Source of the DNA: Phoronis australis | Taxonomy: Eukaryota; Animalia; Phoronida | Length of the DNA stretch: 64,000 bases | Assembly: GCA_002633005.1 (NCBI GenBank) | Contig: NMRA01000396.1 | Coordinates: 330,749 to 394,748 of the forward strand | Direction of reading: 5' to 3' | Shown here: positions 35,701 to 47,400 of the stretch, one piece after another | Layout: the number at the start of each line of letters is the position of its first letter | Position numbering within the stretch: the first letter of the stretch is position 1 | Translations under genes and position numbers: made by a program | Notes under the pieces: generated by a model | The model's database searches: none | Told to the model about the DNA's origin: nothing | Seen by the model: the letters and a program-made list of their open reading frames with translations, nothing else

Positions 35701-37570
35701 CCAGACGGTCTCGCCACCTGGTGACTGCTTAAGAACGGCTTGAGTTCCAATAGCAACACCTACTGGCTGTGCCTCTGGAAACTTAGGAGAAAGGAATGGA
35801 CTGGATTTGAAAACAAGGGAATAAAATGTTAAAAGTGACACAAAATGTCCAGTTTTGTTGACAAGTGAAAGAACAGTTCGGCTGAATAAGATAAGGAGTT
35901 TGTGAAAATGTCTTTTTTTAGATTTCCCACGCGGGTTGTGAGGTAAGTGACGTGGGTTTAGTAGCTAAAATGGCACGATTTCAACTTATGCTTTCATGCT
36001 CATGCTTTCATGCCGTGCCCCTGGTGTCAATTGTTTATGACGTTTGCCTTTATATCTTAGGAGCTCATTGGTTTAGTCTTATGAAATTTTGCAAACAGCT
36101 GTGTTTTACAGAGCCAAAGCAACCTTCTCAATTCAGAAGGGCTACTGCATTTTGTGTCATTTAATAGCCATTTTTATGATAATTAAACAATCATAGAAGC
36201 ATAGCGTTTGCGGTGCTATCGTAGGCACATTTCGTTGCTCTTGTTAATTTATGAAATTCATTTAATGTTCAAATAATTGCCGCTCGAAAGTACGGGAAAG
36301 TAATTGAATTTGCCTGCGGGGAACACCATTACAGGCCTACGGCGCTCGCCGGCGCAAATATGGAGTCAGCGGCATGACAGAAACAACCCATAGCTTCATT
36401 ATTGGGATCGAGTCACGTTTTATGCTGTACTTAAAATAGACAGTGCAATATATCAAATACTTATTTTAGTCTATTATATGTTGAATGTATTGTACCCGTA
36501 TTAAAATACCAACCATTTATAACAAAATACTTTTAAATTGAAAAACGCTTCATCGTTTTAAGATAAACAGACATCGTACTGTGCGAGAATTATTTTTGTG
36601 TCAGAAATAACACAGAAACATGATAGATTTATTCAAGGTGGCAATAAAGATGATGAGATGCAATTTCCATAGCATGATTCAAGCGAGGGTTTTCAAAAAA
36701 AAAGATTAACGGGTGCATCTGTATTTTATGCCTAATGTACCAAAACGAGGGAGTCGTATGTCTGCGTCACACAAAGCATTGAAATGGGCTCATAGTTCAA
36801 GTTTTTCCTTATTCAATGTTTTATATAAGCCGATCGTGATAAACCATGTTCTCGTGACTAAAACATCATCAACTTTCTTCCCAGATTTAGGATTATTTGC
36901 ACCCGTCTACACTAGCAAGGATTAAACTCAGAGTTACTGCAGGTGATGTTTTGATGCTTTTGGCAACGCTATCAAATTCTAACACACTGTTTTGGCAACC
37001 ACGACCGAACTTGAGTTTGTTGATGTTTAGTGAAGAGTTTGGCATCCAGTTTCTTAATAACTATTTACGCTTGCAACANGTGTAGCTAGCTGACGAGGTA
37101 TGATATGCTACGTATTTCGATTTAAACGAAGATCACAAACTCGTTTTGTGTTTTCTGCGACTTTTTACCCTTTGAAAAGAAAACCTGTCAGTGTCAAGTC
37201 TCAAACAACTCTCTTATACATCTGACATGACAAATGATGGGCTGAATAGTTTTTAATTTTGGAAATGAAGTAGAAGAAGTTTGTGCAGTATGAAAATAAT
37301 GAATCACCCTGAGTTCATGTTGCATGTTTGAGACATCTCAACTCAGTTCAGCTTTTCCAATGAGTAGTTTATTCCCGCTGGACAGGCTCACATTACGTCA
37401 CAAGTATAAAAAGTTATTGAGCGATTGGGTCTTCTTTGCAGCAGCCTCTTCCAAGCTTGTCGGTACGCAAGCTGCCCTTTTGAACACTGAAAAAACACGC
37501 GATTTCCCGCTGCTGGCTAAAATGGTTAATATTCATCCACCTCCACAAACTTTACCAAACAGTATTCAAA

Positions 37571-37832
37571 CATGGGCGCACCCAGGGGGTGCTCGCGCGA
37601 TCCCCCCCAATTTGGCGAATTGGGCAATAGGTCCGCCTCAGCGAAACGTCCGATTAAACTAGACAAAAGTCCACAAAATCCACTGGAAGTCGGCGCGAAT
37701 GCACAATTCCTGGGCCTGAACATGCATGTAGTGGCTCTGTTTTTTTTTAGTCCTCGTTAATTTCCTCCAGTAAAAGGTCCGCATATCGAAAAATTCGACC
37801 TCCCCCTATATTTTAGGCTGCGTGCGCGCATG
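37571..37832. mobile_element. hAT-like MITE with 5-bp TSD
   Basis: TIR CATGGGCGCACCCAG versus CATGCGCGCACGCAG (13/15); TSD TCAAA; shares the internal ttttttagtcctc/aaaaggtcc motif with 21864-22383. Confidence 0.7.
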
Positions 37833-38819
37833 TCAAATGATCAATCAAACGTCAGCAAAGTAACTCGTTAGGTCGTGCTTGCTAAGCGGTCCACACTGGC
37901 AAACTTTTGCTTCAGTGCCAACAAAAGGGTTGCCAATGTGGATTGGGCTTTATCAGATTTCTTTCTTATCGTTATGAGCAATGTTTTGCGCCTGTCACTA
38001 ACATGTCACTTCCAGCCACCTAGTGTGCTGTCTCAGTGTTTTAAAATGGGTCGACAGCGTTGTTCGACAAATTGACCCATTATGGTGTGCAATTAAGAAG
38101 CGGTTATGACCAAAAAATGGAAAAGAAATTGTTTGTTAATGAGCTCACTATCTCGCATAAGCCCATGATTAGATTATTTTCTGAGGAAATCTTTGCTTTA
38201 GTTGCTTTGGAGCTTTCCTGATATATAGTCGATAACTATTGGGAAACTTTCAGGGGCCACGTCTCAAGTCATTGACACGTAAAACTTTTAACACATTGTT
38301 ATTGCTGAACTTGGTCAGCAGGTGCATATATATATAGGGCCTAATTGAATGGCGGTCACGCCATGTCTTGTCTTGAATATCGGTGGCATTCAAATTCAAG
38401 CACAAGGACAATGCTGTCCAGCTGATCAATTAATGTCACTGTACAAAAGAACAACGCTAACTGAGGGTTAAATTATATTATGCATGGAAATGTCGAGATC
38501 CCAACTCTACATTTACATGTATGTTATGTTAATAGTTATCCGATTAAACCAATCATTACATGTAGTTGCAACCTAATTAACGTTCGGAGGTACATGTGTA
38601 GCAGACAGAAAATATTAACGCGAACCTCAGGGTCTTCAAATTGGCTCATATCGGAGGCTCTGAAGGTCATTTAGAAAAAAATGCGCGCAATCTCTTACAC
38701 GTTTGTACCAGACGTTAGCATGACGCTCAGGCGGGCCCATTGCATGGATCACCTGGAACCATTTTATGCTTTATTGGTATTGTTAGTTAAAACTGAGCTG
38801 AGGCGCCAGAGACCTGACT

Positions 38820-38895
38820 CAAAAGTGTGCCCCAGTGGGACTCTAATTCTTGACCTTTAGTAAAGGAAGTGGACACTTATTGCCACTAGGCCATA
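38820..38895 (-). mobile_element. tRNA-derived SINE head, degenerate
   Basis: Minus strand TGGCCTAGTGG (A box) ... AGAGTCCCACTGGGGCAC; does not fold into a complete tRNA. Confidence 0.4.
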
Positions 38896-40462
38896 TTGTA
38901 TGCTCTGTGGGTTAATTGAACTTTAGCCTTGTTTTCTGAAATTTAAAGCTTGCAACATGGGCTTACGTTTTAATACACCTGACATGTGAATTTATGAGAG
39001 TACAACATCTTTAAAGATAAATTTTCACCAAGGAAAAAACTCGATCAACAAGTCCCAGCAATATCTCATGTTGATTGTTTTCGAACATTTTGGAATAGTT
39101 ACATAATACATTTTGTAGTATTTTGATTTTACGTATGCTGAATAACCAGCATTTTTTAATTTAAATTTATGAAAATTGTCCAATATAATTTAAACGATGC
39201 AACTGTTTGCACTTTGTCGCAAAGTGTCGCAGAACATCAAATCAGCACTACTGACGTAAAAAGCCGGGAACATGGGTGAGAGTGTTCCCCACTCATGAAT
39301 ATGGGGAGCAACATGACGGGAGATCGACCTCAGTGGCAACGCATCGACTTACGTATCCCTCCTGTCAAGAAACGTTATTCAACATAGCGCATGCCTTTCA
39401 CCGACATGATGTGAATGTGTGTTAAACTGTTATGATTTTTCTGACCACGTATTCCTGTAAATAATGGAGAAATCGTGCACTGTAACTCGACACGAATGTT
39501 ATTGTAATTACTAAGACCTGGTTTAGGATTTGACACGTGTATGACTAATTCTCTTAATTTCACATAATTCGGTTCGAGGTCACTCGTCAAACATTAACTT
39601 GAAAAAATAGTGCGTGCATGAGGCTGAAGGACTGTCTACCTGTCGGGGGATGGGTCTTGTTTTGTGTTTTTTTTTTAATGTATAAGACTGCAGCCTTGAC
39701 TGTTCGCGCTGTGGTAGACCTAGTAGACGTCGACAAATCTTGGTGAAATATCTTCTTGTTCAAAACTGTAGGCTATTTCAGTTTTACACGTTGCGTAATT
39801 TTTGTATATATTCATATCTGCATTTTCTTTGTCATGATACATGTATATGACTTTGTATCTCACCTGTGCGTTTTTTGATTTAACATCAACTTGGTTTGGA
39901 AAAGCTACGAAGTTAGATTTTAACATCTAACATGTGAGAAATTTAATTTTCCTGACCCAGCTTAACGTGAGCGCTATTTATATCTTACATGACGTGTATT
40001 TTACTGTCGAATGGCTTGGTCTAGTGCAATTGTATAAAAACTATGACCTAATTCTAGCAGATACTTAAATATGGCTTTATTCATTGTTGAAACAGGAAGC
40101 TCTCGTTCACAATTCCCCAGCTCCATTGTATTCCAGCATCATGTGGAAGGCATGGCAATGTCATCTTCTATCCCGTGAAACTCAAACATGCGTTTTGAAG
40201 ATCACGTAGTAGGTAATACGATCTATCAACAGAGGAGTGCCAAGCACATGTACCTAAATGCCTATGGGAAAAAACAAGGTCTGAGCACTGGCATTTCCTG
40301 CATCGAGTCTTGTATGCGCCGTCAGTTTGGTTGTGAGACCATTGACTGGAGGTAATTTGTGACCAAATTTCAATTGCGTAAAAATAAGCGACTTGTTACC
40401 TTTCGAATGTCAGAACTCTTACCTGTCAAGTACGCTCTCTTCATGTATTTGCAGGTTCAAGG

Positions 40463-41450
40463 ATGCTTCGTTTGGATTACCTTATCTCGGTGCTGTGGGT
40501 GTCAGTGGCTCTCATCCAAACAGCTCTTGGTGGCCATGTAACGGAGTCAGTGGTTTGTGGTGCGCCCAGCGGCTGCACGTGCCAAGGATCAAATGGTGTT
40601 ATAACAATGGTGTCGTGTATTGGTCTTGGCTTGGGTGCCTTCCCAAATTTACCAAAAACTGTTATTAGAATAGATTTATCAAACAATGACATTACAAACA
40701 TCTCCAAAAGTGATATTGGCGTGTACTCGTCATTAACGGACATAAATCTATCTAAGAATGATTTAAATTTTCTGGGTGATGACGTTTTTGTTGACGCGGG
40801 TAATTTGAAGAAACTGAATCTCTCGGAAAATCCGTTGTTCTTGAGAAATTGTTCAGTGTTTTCGCCGCTGAAAAAACTTGAAGTGCTGTCACTTAAATAC
40901 ACCGACACAGATCAGAATTGCATTAAGCAGATTGGATCGAGTTCACCTTCCCTTCACTTCTTTGCTGGGCGTGTTTCGAACATCAGAGTTGTCATGTCCC
41001 ACTTAAGGAATTTGCGAACCCTCGATGTGGAGCGTAGCTATCTGCAGACACTATCAGTGAACGATTTCACGACCAATAATTCTTTGATCCTGGAAAGATT
41101 GTCTCTTCGTGAAACTGGACTAAAGACAATTATGCCAAATACATTTTCCAAACTAAAAAACTTAACCTTCCTGGACCTTTCCTGCAACGAAGATTTGACG
41201 TTTAAAGGAGCAATGAAGGGTCTGGAAGGAATCAACGAAACTTCAATTCGTTCCCTAATCCTTGACAGCGTCAACATGCGAGATAGTATAAAGTATACGT
41301 TGCCAGCCACGAGAAGAGACTTCGCATCTCTAAAAGGAACACATATAAAACATCTCAGTATTCGATATAATAAGATTGTGCCATATGCTGGAACTGTGCT
41401 CTTCTATTTACCTGACTTGGAATACATTAACTTGGATGGAAACTACATAG
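40463..41450 (+). CDS. TLR exon 1 (signal peptide, LRRNT, LRRs)
   Basis: Acceptor ttgcag at 40454, ATG at 40463, donor ATAG|gtaaga. Confidence 0.92.
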
Positions 41451-44400
41451 GTAAGAACCTGTGTCTGCGACTCTTACAATATCATGTATATGAATATCAA
41501 CGGCGTAGACGCCTCCCCCCATTAACTTGCATGTGTCGGGAATGAAATCTTGGTGGCGACTGGACAGGACACCATTTTCCAGTGCTACGACGGGAAGCAC
41601 TGCGAAAGGGCTTCTTATTCATTCATTTCATACTTTACGTTTGCCTGAATCTTGTACATGTGGTGAATTATCAATAGATGGAAAGGTGTATCTGCGTTTC
41701 TCAACATCAACCAGTCAAAATGTTCGAATGTTACAAGTAAAAATAGTCGCTTGATATTACTACTGATGCCCGATATTACAGGAAAAGGCCCAAAAACCGA
41801 AATGTTCGTTTTGGTCTGTACCCCGACTCATTTTGACACGTGCTCTCACGGACTAAACAAAAATTACACCTTTCATCAATGTCAGTCAAGGTCTGGTGTT
41901 GCTTTTTCTGTTCTCAATTTATTTTTAATTTAATTTGTAAATTTAATTTGCGTATATTCATTTAATTTAAGTTAACTTCATTTAATCTAATTTAATTTAT
42001 TTAATTTAAGAGGACCACGCTGCACATTAATAGCATTTGGCAAAAAGCATATTTTAAATGTTATTAGATTTTATCCTCTATAAATAAAGTTTATAGTTGA
42101 AAAGGCACGTAACAAGGTTTGAAACGCCATGATTTGCGAAGCGACTAGTGATAAACAAATCACGCATCATTGTGGTTCGTTTCGGTTAGATTTACTTTTT
42201 TGAAAAAGAGCGCACCAAAAAGTACTGCTTCATCGACTCTATTTTCTAGAAATACAGACCGGAAACAACTATGATTTTTGGCCTAATGTGGTGCCTTTTT
42301 CGTCTGAAAACATCGCATCTGGTTACATGTACAGACAGTATGACCTGATCTAAGTTATCTAAAATACGCTTACAAACTTAATGAGGTATCTGTCGAACGG
42401 ATTCGACTATTGTAGCACCCCCTAGTTTTGAAGTAATCATTACTTTTCCGTTGTTCCTTTGTTGGCAGTTTATACTGTTATGTACATTTCTATAAAAATC
42501 GACTTAATCTTCCAAGTTGGGTGATTTTTGGTCAGTTATAAGTTACTAGATAACGACATTTTTCATTTAGTTTGAAAGTCAGGGAATATTTGGTGTTTAC
42601 CAAAAATATACTCAGAGCTCATTACAACGCCCGGAGTTCAGATTCAGTTCTCATGGATCAGACTCTGCGCTCAGGACCCTGTGTGGTTAAACCTTGCTGT
42701 GAAACCATCAAATGTACCCCCAGGCTTTGCTGATTTACCCAATTGGCGCCACGTTCTAAATGCCTACCGGTTGTTTATTGACTTACAGGCAACAATGTGC
42801 AATGCATGTTCTGTTTGATCCACAGGAGTTTACAAAGAGATATTTTCCGTTTGCATCAATTTGTTTCGTTTGGTCCATTTGAGGGAAATTCACGTAAGCT
42901 GGCAGTACACTGGCAACTATGGATGTGAGCGATACTCCATCTATCCGATCGACTCAGCATTTACAGGTAAGATTTTTACAAAAGAACTTGACGTCATTTG
43001 GAACAACACGTGACTGTAAGTATTCTCACTTTTTTCCCAGAGTCAGAGCTGATTTACGTCACGTAGTAGAACCGATATTTAGCCATGCACTTGCGGTAAG
43101 AAATGTTTGATTATGTAACAGTCCTATAATTCCGCATTTCAAACTCATCGACCAATACTCGAGTTCATGGTTTCTACCACAATTCTGAAAATTTAATTAG
43201 TGATGATAGATTAAACAATTCAAGTCACGTGCGTATCTATGTAGATGGACGGAGGAGTAAGGCCTCATAAAACCATTTTATTCAAAAGATATCGTCTGGA
43301 TATCAAAAGTTGAAATCCCAATCTGTGTAGTCTTGCTTGTTTTAAGGTGTCGATTTGGCGATCTTCATCTCCAGGCCAATTTTCTTTTAAGTTTTTCTTC
43401 CTGAGAACCACCTATGCTCGATTTTGGAATGCATTGCTGGATGCCTATGTTGCCGGTGATTTGCGAGGCCGGCTACGTTTTCACAAAGCCCATCCCAGGA
43501 TCAGCGCTGATAACGTTAGTTAGACCTTGGTATGAAGAAAATACAAGTTTTCATACTACTGTAATAGAAGTGTTTTAACGTCGTTAGAATCGAAAATTAT
43601 TACTGCCACCGATCACTCCGGCATTGGCTGATCATCGAAGCCAAAATACAAAGGATCAAAAGCTAATTTCATCTGAAAGTTTCTGTGTGCGAACAGCAAT
43701 ACTCACACACTGATGGCACAAAGTGTTGTTCTCATCATTAGTTTTACTAGCTACTCTTTAAAAAGTTCGTTTTTATTGTTTGTGTAACGGGATCGCCGTC
43801 TATTGATGGAGTCGTGAGTCAAGGCTACATGTATGTTTAATTGCAGAACCTCGAGTGGTCAAATATATTTTAAAGGAGTGGTTGTTGGTGAATCCCATTA
43901 TTTAGTACTTCCGACGACGCAAATTTCATTTTGAATTTTAATTGGATTTTACATTTAAATTGAGACCCATATTTCAGCTTAATTTTGTCCTTTTGCGGTG
44001 CGAATTTGCCTATAAAAATGAGCCCCACAAGCTGAAACTTCGGATTATGCGTGGTCTGGATCCTATCCGCAAGGAATCCAAACCAAACTAAGTAGCTTTT
44101 TGGGTCATTTATTTGAACTTTAATGTTTTTCGACGTATTTTTCTTGCTTGTGTATTCTTTGGATTATTTGTCAAAGCAGGATGACGACGGAAGCTAATCA
44201 TGAGTTGTAAGTTTGTAGATTTGTAATTTATATTTAGCACATAATAAACTAAGTATGTTTCTCTACTTCTCTCTTGTTTCACTCTCCGTAAGTCGACTCG
44301 TATGCGATACGGAAGAGTGAAAAAGTAGACAACGCTGCAATTATTTTTATTGGCTACGAACAGTCGATTCCCATTACGTTTGGTTCCTATGGAGTGCAAC

Positions 44401-47400
44401 GTGAAAATCGGCTTGTTTACTCTATCTGAGTCTCTATCACGCCAGTGCTGACACCTACTTTGCTTACTCAACTCGAAATCTTAGGGTTAATTTCATAAGT
44501 GACGTCGCACGTACAAGCTGATGTTTGCCGTCTAAGGAACACAGCTCAGTTGTTTGTTCATTCACTGTAATCGCTTGGAAATAAGATCACGGTCTTTGCT
44601 TGTTGTGAGTGGCAATACAACGAGAATACTTGCATGATCTCGCCAAACTCGCAAGAGGTACTCGTTGTAAATTGTAACATCGACTAAAATAACAAAAGAA
44701 CACGAAGTAAGGAATTTCCATTAATGCTGTACAAACTGATCTCGACGATGATTCTTTTCAACATATGTAAGATAATTTATATCCAACACATATTTCAAAA
44801 AACAATATCCTCCTTTCAGAATACACTCAGGACGAAGAAGAAGGTGACCAATTTGTAGGCCTCCAGATGGCTGGGGTATATTACTACATCTTCAACAAGA
44901 TACCGGTGCCCCAGAACTTGGAGAAAATATACATCGTCCACACCTTGCTTTTGTATTTCTGGAATATAGACGTAGAATTTGCCCCCAATAACGTGAAACT
45001 CGTCGACTTATCAGAGAACAGAATGGAATCAATTGAAACTACGGTCAGGGGGTTAACGTTACTCAGTCATTTGATCCTTCGTAACAATAATCTGAAGTAC
45101 GTGAAGCCGGGATTTCTAGCTTATTTACCATCGATAAAAATAATAGAACTACAGGACAATTTACTCGGTTTGGATATGAAACCCCATCAGTTCGCGAGGG
45201 TTTTTGAAAACGTAACAAGTCTCACTGAAATAGACCTCACAAGCAATTATTTGCACAACCTCACCGCAGAATGTTTAACAGGCAATAAAAATTTGACAAA
45301 ATTACATCTTGCAAATAACAAACTCGCCAAAATAGGATTACAAGTGGAAAATTTTCCCATGTTAGAGTTTCTAAATTTGTCTAAGAATGCGATTTTATTT
45401 CTGTCGTTAAACGAGACATCTGCCCTAGATTCTATAGCGAAGCAACACGAACTGATTGTAGACCTATCTGGAAACATCATGCTGTGTTCCTGCGCCACTT
45501 TGAACTTCCTCGAATGGTTGAGAACTGCCAGTGTTACATTTCCCAAGAAGAGCTCATACATGTGTACCTATAAAGGCAAAACACGAAATTTGGAGGAATT
45601 TCTCAACAGTGACTACGAGGATTTTCGTGACGAATGCTTTTCTAATGTTATTACTATTCTAACAAGTTCGTTGGTAGCTGGCACTGTTCTGGTGTTGTCC
45701 GTAGTCATAGGTAAGTTGTCGCAACTGAACAATTTTTGGGATAAAAATATTTTGACTATCGCTACCACCCATTACGATCTTTGCTATAAATAATACAATT
45801 ATTCTCAATAAATTGAGTTAAAACTACTACAGTATAAACCAGATTCTGGTTTTACAAGTTTCTTCACAGCCGTGTTCTACCTTCCATTCAATGTCGTTGC
45901 ATCCTCTGATTGAGCTATGCTGGCATAGCTCATTGTTGAAATGAAACTGTACACAAAATAACGTCCGGAATTCCATTGACAATCACAGCTTCAGCAGCTG
46001 AAACTCCCTTTAAGAAGTAATTATAAACGTCTGGTCTGACGTGATAACGAACCTTGGAATTGGCTCTAAACCTCTGGACTAGGAACAAAGTCCAACCATG
46101 GGTAAATGTCCTCAATTAGAGCTTTTTACAGAATAATTGATAAAGCATAACTTGCTGTATATGTATAGAATAGGCACTTTATAGCCACGTGTGATCACGT
46201 GACACAGTAATTACACGAACCAATGAGCTTCTTCAATCCGTGTAGACAGTCAAGTCTACTTCGGGACCATTGGTTAAGCACAGAAATACAATATTTTCTC
46301 TACAGTTCATTCGTGATTAGGTCAGCCTCTATTCTATATAAAATCCAATACAGGGTGGTACAGAAGATGGCACATCCGCTACATCATCTACAAGTTATTT
46401 CGACAACCTCCTGAACCCAACGACGGTCACAGATACGATGCCTATCTAGCTTACGAAAGCAGAGACCATGACAAGGCTTTGGAAATGACAGCGGTTCTTG
46501 AGCGAGATCATGGCCTTAAGATCTACATACACGACAGAAATGCACCGTTGCCTGGTGATCACCACGACAGCATTTTTGACGGTGAGTTCAAACGGATGTT
46601 TGTGCATACGCATTGTGCCACGCTCTTTCACACATAAATTCAAGCGTGTTGCGTTAAATTTGCAGAGTTTTTGTCGTTCGAGGCCCCCCCCCCGCCCCTG
46701 GGTGCGCCCATGAATAGCCTTTTCTGGGGGCACCGGTTAATTTTTCTGCGATTATTGTTACAGGATACAAGGACACGTGACTTTCGGAATTTCTGTTGTC
46801 TTGGTCGAATATCATGATTCACTTCGTTGTATAACATATAAAATAATCTGTTACGTCTAAATGTTAACCATCTTAGTCGTCAAACTCGGGATGGCTGATT
46901 TTTGCACTTATAAGTTGTTAGATGCGGTGTCTGCATATTACGCATCTGAATATTCGCTTTCGGGCGTTTCGGTGCTATTGTTGAACTGCGTGGAAGGTTT
47001 TGTTCATTGAACTGCCATACTGTTCGTTTGCTCCTCCTAAAGTGTTTTTCACAAACACGTTTCCTCCATGCCAACTGTGCCATAAGGGAATTGAGGGGGG
47101 CAGGGGCCCGCCCGCCCCCCCCCCCCTCCTTGGCTGGCTGCCCCAAGCAAAATGGAACAGCAACAACGTGAAGCGGGAGGAAATAGGACCAGTAGAAGAG
47201 GAAGGGGGGCTCAGACCCCAGATCTTAGCGTTGCGTCTGTTTTTGTCTTTTTTTAGTCCACTGGTAGATTTCCCGGACAGAAGGTTCACGTGCCCGACCC
47301 GGCATCTTTCGGGCCTGCGCTCTAGTAACATACATGTACAATCGCGCTTTGCCCACTTCCCTGAGACAACATGTTTCCCCCCTTATGGTATCCTAGATCT

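Noticed and set aside
40477-45561. Antisense ORFs opposite the TLR exons
   Set aside because: Typical antisense shadows of real exons.
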